Positions 47,525-56,126 of a DNA stretch of 64,000 nucleotides are shown in pieces. The DNA is from a virus. The position numbers and the translations under genes are program-made. Each line of letters starts with the position of its first letter. Positions within the stretch are counted from its first letter, which is position 1. The stretch lies in the IMG/VR virus record IMGVR_UViG_3300025084_000007, positions 32,001 through 96,000 of that record. One strand, written 5' to 3'. Below the pieces are notes generated by a model, which saw only the letters and a list, made by a program, of their open reading frames with translations, had not been told where the DNA came from and ran no database searches.

Positions 47525-48189
47525 CAGTAATTTCACGTCCAACAATTGAAGTCCTAAAGAACTTTTGTTCTATCAACAAATCTATTGTAATCAAACCTGG
47601 TAACACTCTTTCTACTCTAAGCATCAACAAGAATATTCTTGCCATTGCAGATGTTCAAGAGCAGTTTGATTCTCAGATTAGTATCTACGACTTGAGTGTA
47701 TTCCTTGGGGGTCTATCTCTTTTCAATGCACCTAAGGTTGATACTTCTCACCCGAACTTTGTCACAGTAAGTGATGAGAGGGGTAAGTCTAAGACTAGAT
47801 TCTTCTATGCAGACCCTGATATCATTACACAACCACCAGAGAAAGAGATTACTCTCCCATCTGTTGACTGTGATTTTGCTCTGAGTGCTGAAGTACTTCA
47901 ACAACTTCTTAAAGCTGCCTCTGTTTATCAGTTGCCTGACCTGTGTCTTTTTGGACATGAAGGTGCTGTTCAGATTATGGTAACCGATAAGAAGAATGAT
48001 ACTTCTAACAGTTACTCTGTTGATCTTCCTGATGCTGTGATTGGAGATGAAGAGTTCTGCTTCTGTTTCAAAGTGGAGAACTTGAGACTTCTTCCTGGTG
48101 CATATCATGTTATGATCAGTAAGCAAAACGTTGCCGAATTCAGAGGTGACGGTATCAAATACTTTATTGCTCTCGAACCTAACAACTGA
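47521..48189 (+). CDS. gp45: Sliding clamp gp45
   Basis: LKNFCSINKSI, IYDL..FL and YFIALE motifs. Confidence 0.93.
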   Translation: MTVISRPTIEVLKNFCSINKSIVIKPGNTLSTLSINKNILAIADVQEQFDSQISIYDLSVFLGGLSLFNAPKVDTSHPNFVTVSDERGKSKTRFFYADPDIITQPPEKEITLPSVDCDFALSAEVLQQLLKAASVYQLPDLCLFGHEGAVQIMVTDKKNDTSNSYSVDLPDAVIGDEEFCFCFKVENLRLLPGAYHVMISKQNVAEFRGDGIKYFIALEPNN

Positions 48190-49130
48190 TGAATGATTTT
48201 TTATGGGTAGAGAAGTATCGTCCTCAGACTGTTGAGGAATGTATTCTTCCTGCTAGTGTGAAAGAAACCTTCCAGAGTTTCGTTAATCAAGGAGAGATTC
48301 CTAATCTTCTCCTTTCTGGTACTGCTGGCGTTGGTAAAACTACCATCGCTAAAGCACTCTGCAGGGAACTGGGTGCAGATTACTATGTTATCAATGGATC
48401 AGATGAAGGTAGGTTCCTGGATACTGTACGCAATCAGGCAAAATCCTTTGCTTCTACTGTGTCTCTCACTGCTTCTGCTAAGCACAAAGTTCTTATCATT
48501 GATGAGGCAGATAACACAACCCCAGACGTCCAACTTCTCCTTCGTGCAAGTATCGAAGAGTTCCAAAAAAACTGTAGGTTCATATTCACTTGTAACTTCA
48601 AGAATAAGATTATCGAACCTCTACATAGTAGGACGACGGTCGTAGAGTTCAATGTCAGAGGACAGACAAAGCAAGAACTTGCTGGTGCGTTTTTTACAAG
48701 GTGTCAAGATATCCTCAGGAGCGAGGAGGTCACCTTCACTCCTAGAGTTTTGGCAGAAGTCGTACAAAAATACTTCCCAGACTTCAGGAGAACCCTCAAC
48801 GAACTGCAGCGATATGCAAGCACGGGGGTTATCGACACTGGTATTCTGGCGGCGTTAGGTGATGCTAATGTTGATACTCTTGTAACAGCATTGAAAGAGA
48901 AGAAGTTCAATGATGTCAAGAAGTGGGTGACACAAAATCTTGATGCAGACCCAACGTCTATCATGCGTAAATTGTATGATAATCTATCCAGTGTTATGGG
49001 TGGTCCTAGTATTGCAGCAGCAGTTCTAATCATTGCTGAATACCAATACAAGTCTGCTTTCGTTGTAGACCAAGAGATCAATCTACTTGCATGTTTAACT
49101 CAAATCATGGTGGAGTGTGAATTCAAATGA
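48189..49130 (+). CDS. gp44: Clamp loader ATPase gp44
   Basis: LWVEKYRP, GTAGVGKTT, IIDEAD and PLHSR motifs. Confidence 0.96.
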   Translation: MNDFLWVEKYRPQTVEECILPASVKETFQSFVNQGEIPNLLLSGTAGVGKTTIAKALCRELGADYYVINGSDEGRFLDTVRNQAKSFASTVSLTASAKHKVLIIDEADNTTPDVQLLLRASIEEFQKNCRFIFTCNFKNKIIEPLHSRTTVVEFNVRGQTKQELAGAFFTRCQDILRSEEVTFTPRVLAEVVQKYFPDFRRTLNELQRYASTGVIDTGILAALGDANVDTLVTALKEKKFNDVKKWVTQNLDADPTSIMRKLYDNLSSVMGGPSIAAAVLIIAEYQYKSAFVVDQEINLLACLTQIMVECEFK

Positions 49131-49405
49131 AGTTTAAAGCACTGGTATTCGTTCGTCTGAGATCACAGGTTGATGACTCTCCTGGTAACGCTGTGAGAGA
49201 TGCCTGTAAGCGATTGTCTGACCTAGATATCAAGAAACTGAGACTTGGTAAGGTAATCGATGTTTGGTTGGAATCAGAGAGCAGAGAGTACGCTGAGAAG
49301 GAACTTGAAATGTTATCTGATAGATTCCTTGCCAACACAGTCATGGAAGACTGGGACTATGAACTAATTGAAATTGAAAACTTTCCTAAAGGTATTGAAG
49401 CATGA
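49127..49405 (+). CDS. purS: Phosphoribosylformylglycinamidine synthase subunit PurS
   Basis: VRLR..V.D..G.AV, LRLGK and LSDRFLANTVMEDW match the PurS pattern. Confidence 0.8.
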   Translation: MKFKALVFVRLRSQVDDSPGNAVRDACKRLSDLDIKKLRLGKVIDVWLESESREYAEKELEMLSDRFLANTVMEDWDYELIEIENFPKGIEA

Positions 49406-49695
49406 TGGACGTTAAATTGATTCGGATGATCACTGGAGAAGAGATCGTTGCCGAAGTTGTAGATTTTGTGAATGGCATTCTTACAATCAAGAATGCTCTT
49501 GTAGTTGTTCCACAACAGGGACAAATTGGATTTGCTCCTTGGGCAACAGTGATTAGTTTAGACCATCCTGATATTGCTCTTGATATTAAGCATGTTATCT
49601 ATTCTGTTGAAGTACAACCTGAAGTTGTACAGCAGTATGCTAAAATCTTTGGTGGTCCTGATATCATCACTCCAAATAAGCAACTGATTCTATGA
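49402..49695 (+). CDS. Hypothetical protein (Sm-like beta fold suspected)
   Basis: VKLIRMITGEEIVAEV, GFAPW and Y..IFG..IITP. Confidence 0.75.
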   Translation: MMDVKLIRMITGEEIVAEVVDFVNGILTIKNALVVVPQQGQIGFAPWATVISLDHPDIALDIKHVIYSVEVQPEVVQQYAKIFGGPDIITPNKQLIL

Positions 49696-50519
49696 CATCG
49701 TTAAAGACTCCTCTTCGTTATCCTGGTGGCAAGTCTCGTGCCACCAAAAAGATGGCAGAGTTCTTTCCACTATTCAAAGACTACACCGAGTTTCGTGAAC
49801 CCTTTGTTGGTGGAGGTTCTGTTGCTCTTTATATCACTCAGATGTATCCTCACCTGGATATCTGGGTGAATGATTTGTATGAACCATTATATAATTTCTG
49901 GAAAGAACTTCAGTATGATGGAAGCAGACTTCGTAATGAGTTGGTTAAATTAAAGAACGCTCATCCAGAACCAGTATCAGCAAAACAATTATTTCTAGAC
50001 GCTAAGGAGAAACTAAACAATGATTCAACATCCAACCTATCTGCTGCTGTTAGTTTTTATATTGTTAATAAGTGCTCTTTCTCTGGTCTCACTGAGTCCA
50101 GTTCCTTCAGCAAACAGGCGTCAGACTCTAACTTTAGTATGCGAGGAATTGACAAACTCCCTTACTACTCAGAACTCATCCAAGACTGGAAGATCACTAA
50201 TCTGTCATACGAAAAACTTCTAACTGACAAGAAGGAATCATTCGTATACTTAGATCCTCCTTATGAGATCAAGTCCAATCTCTATGGTAAGAAGGGTGGA
50301 ATGCATAAGGGGTTTGATCACGATGAGTTTTTCTTTGCATGTGATAGATATGCTTGTGATCAGATGGTATCATACAACTCTTCAAATCTAATTAAATCTA
50401 GATTCATTGATTGGAGACCATATGAGTATGATCATACTTACACCATGCGTTCAGTTGGTGAGTATATGAAAGATCAGCAACAACGTAAAGAACTTCTTCT
50501 ACTTAATTATGTCATATGA
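49692..50519 (+). CDS. dam: DNA adenine methyltransferase (Dam/D12 class)
   Basis: LRYPGGKS, EPFVGGGSV, YLDPPY and ELLLLNY motifs. Confidence 0.92.
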   Translation: MTSLKTPLRYPGGKSRATKKMAEFFPLFKDYTEFREPFVGGGSVALYITQMYPHLDIWVNDLYEPLYNFWKELQYDGSRLRNELVKLKNAHPEPVSAKQLFLDAKEKLNNDSTSNLSAAVSFYIVNKCSFSGLTESSSFSKQASDSNFSMRGIDKLPYYSELIQDWKITNLSYEKLLTDKKESFVYLDPPYEIKSNLYGKKGGMHKGFDHDEFFFACDRYACDQMVSYNSSNLIKSRFIDWRPYEYDHTYTMRSVGEYMKDQQQRKELLLLNYVI

Positions 50520-50913
50520 TGAAAGGTATCCTCTAAAGGATTATCTAAACAGCATTAATCTTTCCAAAGAGAATCTTATGGAAGGTGAAGACCCTGGTTG
50601 GGAAAAAAACTATCCTCCATTCATCATCAACAAATGTATTTCTCATCACATGGATACTGTGATGATGGCAAATGAGATGAATCAGTATCAAAATTTAGAT
50701 AAAAAGTTACAGTATGATTTCTTTATAAATACGGTGAGGACCCGTAAGAGATTTTCTCCATGGGGCAAGAAGGAAAAGGTGAAGGATATTGAACTTGTTA
50801 AAGAGTTCTATGGTTATTCGACCGAGAAGGCTGAACAAGCTCTCAGGATTCTATCTCCTACCCAACTTGATGTTATTAGATCTAAATTGAATAAAGGGGG
50901 TAAGAAACGATGA
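50509..50913 (+). CDS. gp62: Clamp loader small subunit gp62
   Basis: YPPFIINK, ANEMN, QYDFF, RKRFSPW and YGYS.EKA motifs. Confidence 0.92.
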   Translation: MSYDERYPLKDYLNSINLSKENLMEGEDPGWEKNYPPFIINKCISHHMDTVMMANEMNQYQNLDKKLQYDFFINTVRTRKRFSPWGKKEKVKDIELVKEFYGYSTEKAEQALRILSPTQLDVIRSKLNKGGKKR

Positions 50914-51335
50914 ATGAGATTAAAGAGGTTCAGTGGACCAAAAATGATATGGTCGAAGTGAATCTTAAGGAACCAGATGATTTCCTTAAGGTTCGTGAAA
51001 CCCTTACTCGTATTGGTGTTGCTTCTAGAAAAGAAAAGAAACTATATCAATCTTGTCACATTCTTCATAAGAAGGGTCAGTACTACATTGTTCATTTCAA
51101 AGAGTTGTTTGCACTCGATGGCAAAAAAGCAAACTTCTCCGAGAATGATCTACAGAGACGTAACCGAATTATTAAACTACTCTCCGATTGGGGACTTGTA
51201 GAAATAGTGAAGCAAGATTCTGTAACTGATGCAGCACCCTTAAGTCAGATTAAAGTTATTGCCTATAAAGAAAAGGCAGAATGGACGCTAGAGTCTAAGT
51301 ATAATATTGGAAAGAAACGACAGACGAATGAGTGA
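50910..51335 (+). CDS. regA: Translational repressor RegA
   Basis: DDFLKVRETLTRIGVAS and LYQSCHILHK.G.YYIVHFKELFALDG motifs. Confidence 0.97.
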   Translation: MNEIKEVQWTKNDMVEVNLKEPDDFLKVRETLTRIGVASRKEKKLYQSCHILHKKGQYYIVHFKELFALDGKKANFSENDLQRRNRIIKLLSDWGLVEIVKQDSVTDAAPLSQIKVIAYKEKAEWTLESKYNIGKKRQTNE

Positions 51336-51966
51336 GTTTAATTATCATGTGAAGCAGTTTCAATCTCCAGGATATTTGTTGATTGAAGTTCCTTCTGTTG
51401 TGAGGAAAGAGTTAGAAGAAACTATCGAAGTCTTACATAAAACATCTGAGTCTGATGCTCGCAATACTTTGCGAGGTCATCTTGCTCAAGAGTGGCATCT
51501 TCCAATTGGTGAGGAGATACAACTCTTTACTAAAAATTTGTCAAGTCTTTATCTACAGCATTTTGGAATGCAACCCAGTATGGGTGTTGCAGAAACTATG
51601 CGTGATATGTCTAAAGTTGATTTTGATTTAGAAAAACTCTGGATTAATTATCAAAAGAAGTATGACTTCAACCCTCTGCATATTCATTCAGGGGTTTTTT
51701 CTTTTGTTATATGGGTGCAGATTCCCTACGATCTAGCAGAAGAAAGAAAGAGATATAACCTGAAGGGTGATGAGACAGCAGCATTTACGTTTCAATACAA
51801 TAATTCACTGGGTGGATTAGATACAGAATATCTTAATATCGATAAAAGTTTTGAATGGAAGATGGCATTCTTTCCTTCAAGATTAAATCATGCAGTAAAC
51901 CCATTCTATACTTCGGATGACTATAGAATTTCGGTATCGGGAAACGTATATTTAAATGATAAATAA
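51328..51966 (+). CDS. Putative 2OG-Fe(II) oxygenase
   Basis: WINYQ..FNPLHIHSG, FFPSRLNHAV.PF and RISVSGN motifs. Confidence 0.82.
   Translation: MSEFNYHVKQFQSPGYLLIEVPSVVRKELEETIEVLHKTSESDARNTLRGHLAQEWHLPIGEEIQLFTKNLSSLYLQHFGMQPSMGVAETMRDMSKVDFDLEKLWINYQKKYDFNPLHIHSGVFSFVIWVQIPYDLAEERKRYNLKGDETAAFTFQYNNSLGGLDTEYLNIDKSFEWKMAFFPSRLNHAVNPFYTSDDYRISVSGNVYLNDK
51959..51965 (+). promoter_or_regulatory. Late promoter (ATAAATA) for membrane-gene cluster
   Basis: gATAAATA 22 nt before the ATG at 51987. Confidence 0.6.
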
Positions 51967-51986
51967 AAGAGCCTCGCTCTTGACTC

Positions 51987-52271
51987 ATGGATACAAATCC
52001 AAAGAAAGAGGAAGCCAAAAAGGAAAACAAATTTGAGTGGGCGGATGAGGGTGTATCAACTCTCGTCCGAGTTATTATTCTTGGATGGTCAGCAGCAATT
52101 CTGACTCTTAATTATGTAACTGTTCCTGGCATTCCTCAGAAAAATATTGATCCGACTTTTATCGCCAGCGTCTTTACTGGAACGCTTGCGACATTCGGTG
52201 TCGTTGCGTCTAAAAAGAAAGACGAAAAAGAAGCACCTACATTGGAGAAGAAAGATGCAAAAATTGATTAA
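51987..52271 (+). CDS. Small two-TM membrane protein (holin-like topology)
   Basis: LVRVIILGWSAAILTLNY and DPTFIASVFTGTLATFGV; charged termini. Confidence 0.75.
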   Translation: MDTNPKKEEAKKENKFEWADEGVSTLVRVIILGWSAAILTLNYVTVPGIPQKNIDPTFIASVFTGTLATFGVVASKKKDEKEAPTLEKKDAKID

Positions 52272-52488
52272 TGGTGTCGCGTTGTTATCTGGTCTAGTTT
52301 CTTTATCTGTCCTAGGGGGTGGTGCTTATCTTTATATGCAAAAGGATGCACTCATTGAGAGTGCTACAGCAGCAGCAACAAAGGCAGCAACAGAAGCAGT
52401 TACTAGTGCCCTTCCAGGGATGCTAGATGCTGCAATGCCTGAAGTACCAGAACTGCCTGGTAAAACTGGTCCTGCTCTACCATTCTAA
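52255..52488 (+). CDS. Small N-terminally anchored membrane protein
   Basis: MQKLINGVALLSGLVSLSVLGGGAYLY, Ala-rich helix, Pro-rich tail. Confidence 0.7.
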   Translation: MQKLINGVALLSGLVSLSVLGGGAYLYMQKDALIESATAAATKAATEAVTSALPGMLDAAMPEVPELPGKTGPALPF

Positions 52489-52490
52489 TC

Positions 52491-53135
52491 ATGGACATAT
52501 TTAATCCTAATAAAAAAGAGACCGAGCAAGTTACCGAGCAAGTCCCTGTGCAAGTACCGAGCAAGTCGCCCATTAAGGGTATTGCACTTGCACTAGGAGC
52601 ATTGGTTGGTATTTCTCATATTGGACTTTTAGGATATGTGGTCAGGGACAATACTCCTAAAGTGAGAGAAGTCCCTACTATTAATATTCCTAGAGGAGAA
52701 TATTCATCCTATACTATCAAAGCAGGTAAGGATGGATATGAGATTGAGTATCGTGCAAACGATCCTAAAATTCTTGAGTCACAAAGATCATTATCTTCTG
52801 ATAGCAATAAGAAAGGATTGTTTGGTGGTGGCACTGAGTCTCGTCGTGAGTGGCGTGTTGATCAGTTCACTATGGACGGCACACGCAACCTAGGAGGTGC
52901 TGCATTAGACGGCGAGGGAAAGTCTGCAAAAGACATAGAGTGTATCGTGGCGGACGCTGGAGCACGGTCTCAAGGTGCAATGGCAGGTAGTGCTATCGCT
53001 GCTGGTGTCGCTGTTCCTGCCCTTGCTAGCGTCCCTTACGTGGGTTGGTTAGCAGGTGGATGGGCATTGCTCCTAGGACAGAAAGCAGGGTCATCTCTTG
53101 GATCACAAGTTGGTAGTGTATTTAATGATTGCTAA
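52491..53135 (+). CDS. Membrane protein with C-terminal glycine zipper
   Basis: TM IALALGALVGISHIGLLG; GAMAGSAIAAG..GWLAGGW..G..AGS.LGS.VG. Confidence 0.75.
   Translation: MDIFNPNKKETEQVTEQVPVQVPSKSPIKGIALALGALVGISHIGLLGYVVRDNTPKVREVPTINIPRGEYSSYTIKAGKDGYEIEYRANDPKILESQRSLSSDSNKKGLFGGGTESRREWRVDQFTMDGTRNLGGAALDGEGKSAKDIECIVADAGARSQGAMAGSAIAAGVAVPALASVPYVGWLAGGWALLLGQKAGSSLGSQVGSVFNDC
52521..52567 (+). repeat. Short imperfect tandem repeat ACCGAGCAAGT
   Basis: Copies at 52521, 52533 and 52556, degenerate copy at 52545. Confidence 0.7.
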
Positions 53136-53926
53136 TGGACATACCTATAATTACTGGAGTGAGTATTGATATTAATGATATTGGTGTTAATGATATTCAA
53201 ACATATCGATATGCACCACCATCAATACCATCAGCACCTCCAGTAGTTGTAGACATTGGCACCCCAATTATTAATGTACCTGGATGTGTAGAAGCACACG
53301 AGTCTAATAATAAATCTAATACTGTAGGTATTGATGATGAAAATGGTTTGGTTACGTATTGCGATTCTGGTTATCCCAGTTTTAATCCTCTGGATTATAA
53401 ACCTGACCAGATGAATTTTACAGGTCCACCTAAGGAATTGCCTAAGGTAGACCCTCCCGAAGCACCAGAAATACCAGAAGCACCAGAGGTGGCACCACCT
53501 CCTGTTGCTAGTGCTGTTGTAGAATGTCCGACAGCATCACAAAATGCAAAAGAACCTGTTGGCACATATGTGCAAGGGTATAGAAAGAAAGTTACTGAAT
53601 ATAAACTGGTCGGTAATGAATGTATTCAGATTACAGAAGCAGTAGGTATACCTCAACAAATTATTGCTGGTCTTCCTAGTGGTGGACAAGTAGCATCCGT
53701 GGGTGGCATTGCTGTCATCGCTACTACATCAGCACTATTAGCAAAACCGCTGGCAGACTTACTATTGAAAGTAGTCAAACCAACGGTTAAGAAAGTTATT
53801 AAAAAGATTGCTGCTATTAGAGGTAAGTCAGTTCCTATTCTGTCTCTAAAGGAACGCCGAGATCTTCAGCGCGAGAGGACGAAGGCGATAAGGGTTTTGA
53901 AGTCGGCACTGAAACCGAAGGGATAG
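53135..53926 (+). CDS. Pro-rich protein with Cys pairs and C-terminal TM/basic tail
   Basis: PGCVEAH, YCD, PEAPEIPEAPE, IAVIATTSALLA and KVVKPTVKKVIKKI. Confidence 0.75.
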   Translation: MDIPIITGVSIDINDIGVNDIQTYRYAPPSIPSAPPVVVDIGTPIINVPGCVEAHESNNKSNTVGIDDENGLVTYCDSGYPSFNPLDYKPDQMNFTGPPKELPKVDPPEAPEIPEAPEVAPPPVASAVVECPTASQNAKEPVGTYVQGYRKKVTEYKLVGNECIQITEAVGIPQQIIAGLPSGGQVASVGGIAVIATTSALLAKPLADLLLKVVKPTVKKVIKKIAAIRGKSVPILSLKERRDLQRERTKAIRVLKSALKPKG

Positions 53927-54698
53927 CATGTACATGTGGGGTGATTGCGTTCTTACCCATCACCAAAACATCTGCACATATAGAAGAATATTTTGTTCCA
54001 GGTGCGAACATGATACCTGCCTTCATTAATTCTCCACAATTCTTAAGACGAGCTATCTCAAAGTCTAATCTTTTATTAGCAACTAATTGAGCATTCAATT
54101 CAATCTGTGTTGTTGCTGCCTTCTTACAAAGGTCTTGTAAATTCTTATCTGTAGGTGTACTCCATGTCATAGAGAACCCTAGACCTAGACTATAGTTATC
54201 CTTCTGTCCTGTTCTAGTTCTCTTATGGAAGAGGATGTCACCAGGATTATCAATCAAACCGTCCTCGTTGATATCACTGATATCATACACAGGGTCATCA
54301 TAGAAAGGTTCATATGGTTTAGAAGCAGATGCACTTCCTGTTACATATGGTGTGAAATTGCGAGTGGGACCTTGACATTGGATACCTCCACCATAGGTAT
54401 TTGTAATGTATGGTCCCTGCAAAACCTGAATGGCTTGATTGGTAACTGAGCCAGAGCTATTCGCAACGGGGGATGCTGTTGCTGATACACCACCAACAGT
54501 TTCAGCATAAGCAGGATTGGCAAATAATAATGTTATTGGGAGAAGATACTTGTAGTATCGGTTACGCTTGTTACGTCGGTTTCTCTCTGTATCACCGTAT
54601 GATTTTGAAGCCCTGGTCCAGAATAAGTTTCTGTAAACTGGAACGCTGCTCCTGGTGTTGTCTGTGTGAATGTTGGTTTGCCTGTTACTCCAGTCCAT
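53835..54698 (-). CDS. Secreted/outer-membrane protein, hypothetical (start uncertain)
   Basis: Signal-like KYLLPITLLFANPAYA|ETV; amphipathic strand NYSLGLGFSMTWS; helical C-terminus with Cys. Confidence 0.7.
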   Translation of the reverse strand: MDWSNRQTNIHTDNTRSSVPVYRNLFWTRASKSYGDTERNRRNKRNRYYKYLLPITLLFANPAYAETVGGVSATASPVANSSGSVTNQAIQVLQGPYITNTYGGGIQCQGPTRNFTPYVTGSASASKPYEPFYDDPVYDISDINEDGLIDNPGDILFHKRTRTGQKDNYSLGLGFSMTWSTPTDKNLQDLCKKAATTQIELNAQLVANKRLDFEIARLKNCGELMKAGIMFAPGTKYSSICADVLVMGKNAITPHVHAIPSVSVPTSKPLSPSSSRAEDLGVPLETE

Positions 54699-54970
54699 GA
54701 TGAAGTCACTCCATTAATAGTTACATTATTAGATCCCATCCCTGGCGATAAGTTACCAGAAGCGGTTACTCCTGATCCAGTTGCTGAGTATTGATATCCT
54801 GTTGCGTAGTCCATCGAGTTGATGGTCTCTGTTATCTTTTGGGTCGTTTCTGTGTGGCTCGTCATCGATCCCTGAGTGAAATTCGGGACCACGGGGACCG
54901 CCAGGGCAGTTGCAGGTATGACACTTGCAACCACCGCAGACATCACAGACCAACGAATCATAGTATTCAT
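54533..54970 (-). CDS. Secreted Thr/Ser-rich beta protein, hypothetical
   Basis: Signal ending ALA|VPVVPNFTQGSM; AFQFTETY. Confidence 0.75.
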   Translation of the reverse strand: MNTMIRWSVMSAVVASVIPATALAVPVVPNFTQGSMTSHTETTQKITETINSMDYATGYQYSATGSGVTASGNLSPGMGSNNVTINGVTSSWTGVTGKPTFTQTTPGAAFQFTETYSGPGLQNHTVIQRETDVTSVTDTTSIFSQ

Positions 54971-54981
54971 TATCCATTTCC

Positions 54982-55476
54982 TCAGTCAATAACAGTAATC
55001 TCAGAAACGAATTGGCCAGTAGCAGTAGTACCTGCTCCTCCACCAGTCACCGTAAGAACACCAGCACTGGTTACAGTACCTGCTAGAGAACCAGCAGAAC
55101 CAGCAGTGTAAGAAGTTACATTACTGAAGTTGGGAACATCTCCTACTGTAGGAGCAGAAGTTGGAACTGCATCAGCCTGTGTGTATGACTGACTAAATGA
55201 GAAAGCAGAACCTGCAGTATCTTGAGTAGCGGTGATAGCACCAGGAGAATAGACTCCTGAAGTAATGGTGCCAGCAGATACAGCATGTGCTGTGGTGCCG
55301 TCTGTAGTATCTATATTACTACCAGAGATACTAAATGAGGAACCAATCCTGGTTGCCTGAGATCTAGCAGCATCAACTGTAAGTTGAACACTTGAAGCAT
55401 GTTTGGACACTAGTCCACCTGCATTTGCCGCACTTGCGGTCACTAATAGCATAACGATAGGTAAAAATTTAGTCAT
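54982..55476 (-). CDS. Secreted Ser/Thr/Gly-rich beta protein, hypothetical
   Basis: Signal MTKFLPIVMLLVTASAANA; SSVQLTVD, AFSFSQSY and GQFVSEITV. Confidence 0.75.
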   Translation of the reverse strand: MTKFLPIVMLLVTASAANAGGLVSKHASSVQLTVDAARSQATRIGSSFSISGSNIDTTDGTTAHAVSAGTITSGVYSPGAITATQDTAGSAFSFSQSYTQADAVPTSAPTVGDVPNFSNVTSYTAGSAGSLAGTVTSAGVLTVTGGGAGTTATGQFVSEITVID

Positions 55477-55581
55477 TTTTTCCATCGAATTTTGTCCTTA
55501 TACTATGTAGGTGAGGTATTCCTTACATAGAGGTACGGAATATCACACATCGTATTAAACTAGAAACTTGTTAAATACTAT

Positions 55582-55637
55582 TGGTTGCCTTCGGGGACCA
55601 CAAAATACAATCTCGCTTTATAAGGAGAAGTTACATG
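55582..55637 (+). promoter_or_regulatory. Structured hsp20 5' UTR; ROSE-like RNA thermometer candidate
   Basis: cUUCGg hairpin at 55582-55600, then UCUC-G-CUU pairing with the SD AAGGAGA. Confidence 0.55.
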
Positions 55638-56126
55638 GACCTTACTAGATGGACATCGAAAGATGTTGATAAAATTTTTGATGCTGCAAACAGATACAGC
55701 GTTGGACTAGATGATATCTTCTATCGATTGCATTCATATGGATCGAATCAACCTGGTGGACAATATCCTCCATACAATATCGTCAAAGAATCAAATGTTA
55801 AATGGCGTATTGAAATTGCACTTGCTGGATGGGCACCAGAAGATGTTGAAGTAACTACTGAGTCAAATGTACTCTTAGTAAAATCTGTTGCACCTAAGAA
55901 TGATGGTGAAGAAGAATATATGCATCGGGGATTATCTTCACGCACGTTTGCTAGGGGATTCAACCTTTCGGATGATGTCGAAGTTGGCACAGTCAGTTTT
56001 AATAATGGACTTCTTGTGGTAGAATTACGGAGAATCATTCCTGATCATCAGAAACGAAAGGTTTATGAAATCCAAAATCCTACACTACCTGAAAGCAATG
56101 GTGATGCATCCAGCGACACACTTTAA
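55635..56126 (+). CDS. hsp20: Small heat shock protein (Hsp20/IbpA family)
   Basis: YPPYNIV, IEIALAG, YMHRGLSSR.F.R.F.L and NGLL motifs; ATG 55635 after AAGGAG. Confidence 0.95.
   Translation: MDLTRWTSKDVDKIFDAANRYSVGLDDIFYRLHSYGSNQPGGQYPPYNIVKESNVKWRIEIALAGWAPEDVEVTTESNVLLVKSVAPKNDGEEEYMHRGLSSRTFARGFNLSDDVEVGTVSFNNGLLVVELRRIIPDHQKRKVYEIQNPTLPESNGDASSDTL

Noticed and set aside
52521-52567. Short repeats as a mini-CRISPR array
   Set aside because: 11-12-nt tandem units without spacers, inside a coding region
55503-55530. Inverted repeat CTATGTAGG...CTTACATAG as a terminator
   Set aside because: It lies between divergent genes with no T-run; more likely part of the promoter region, and its function cannot be supported
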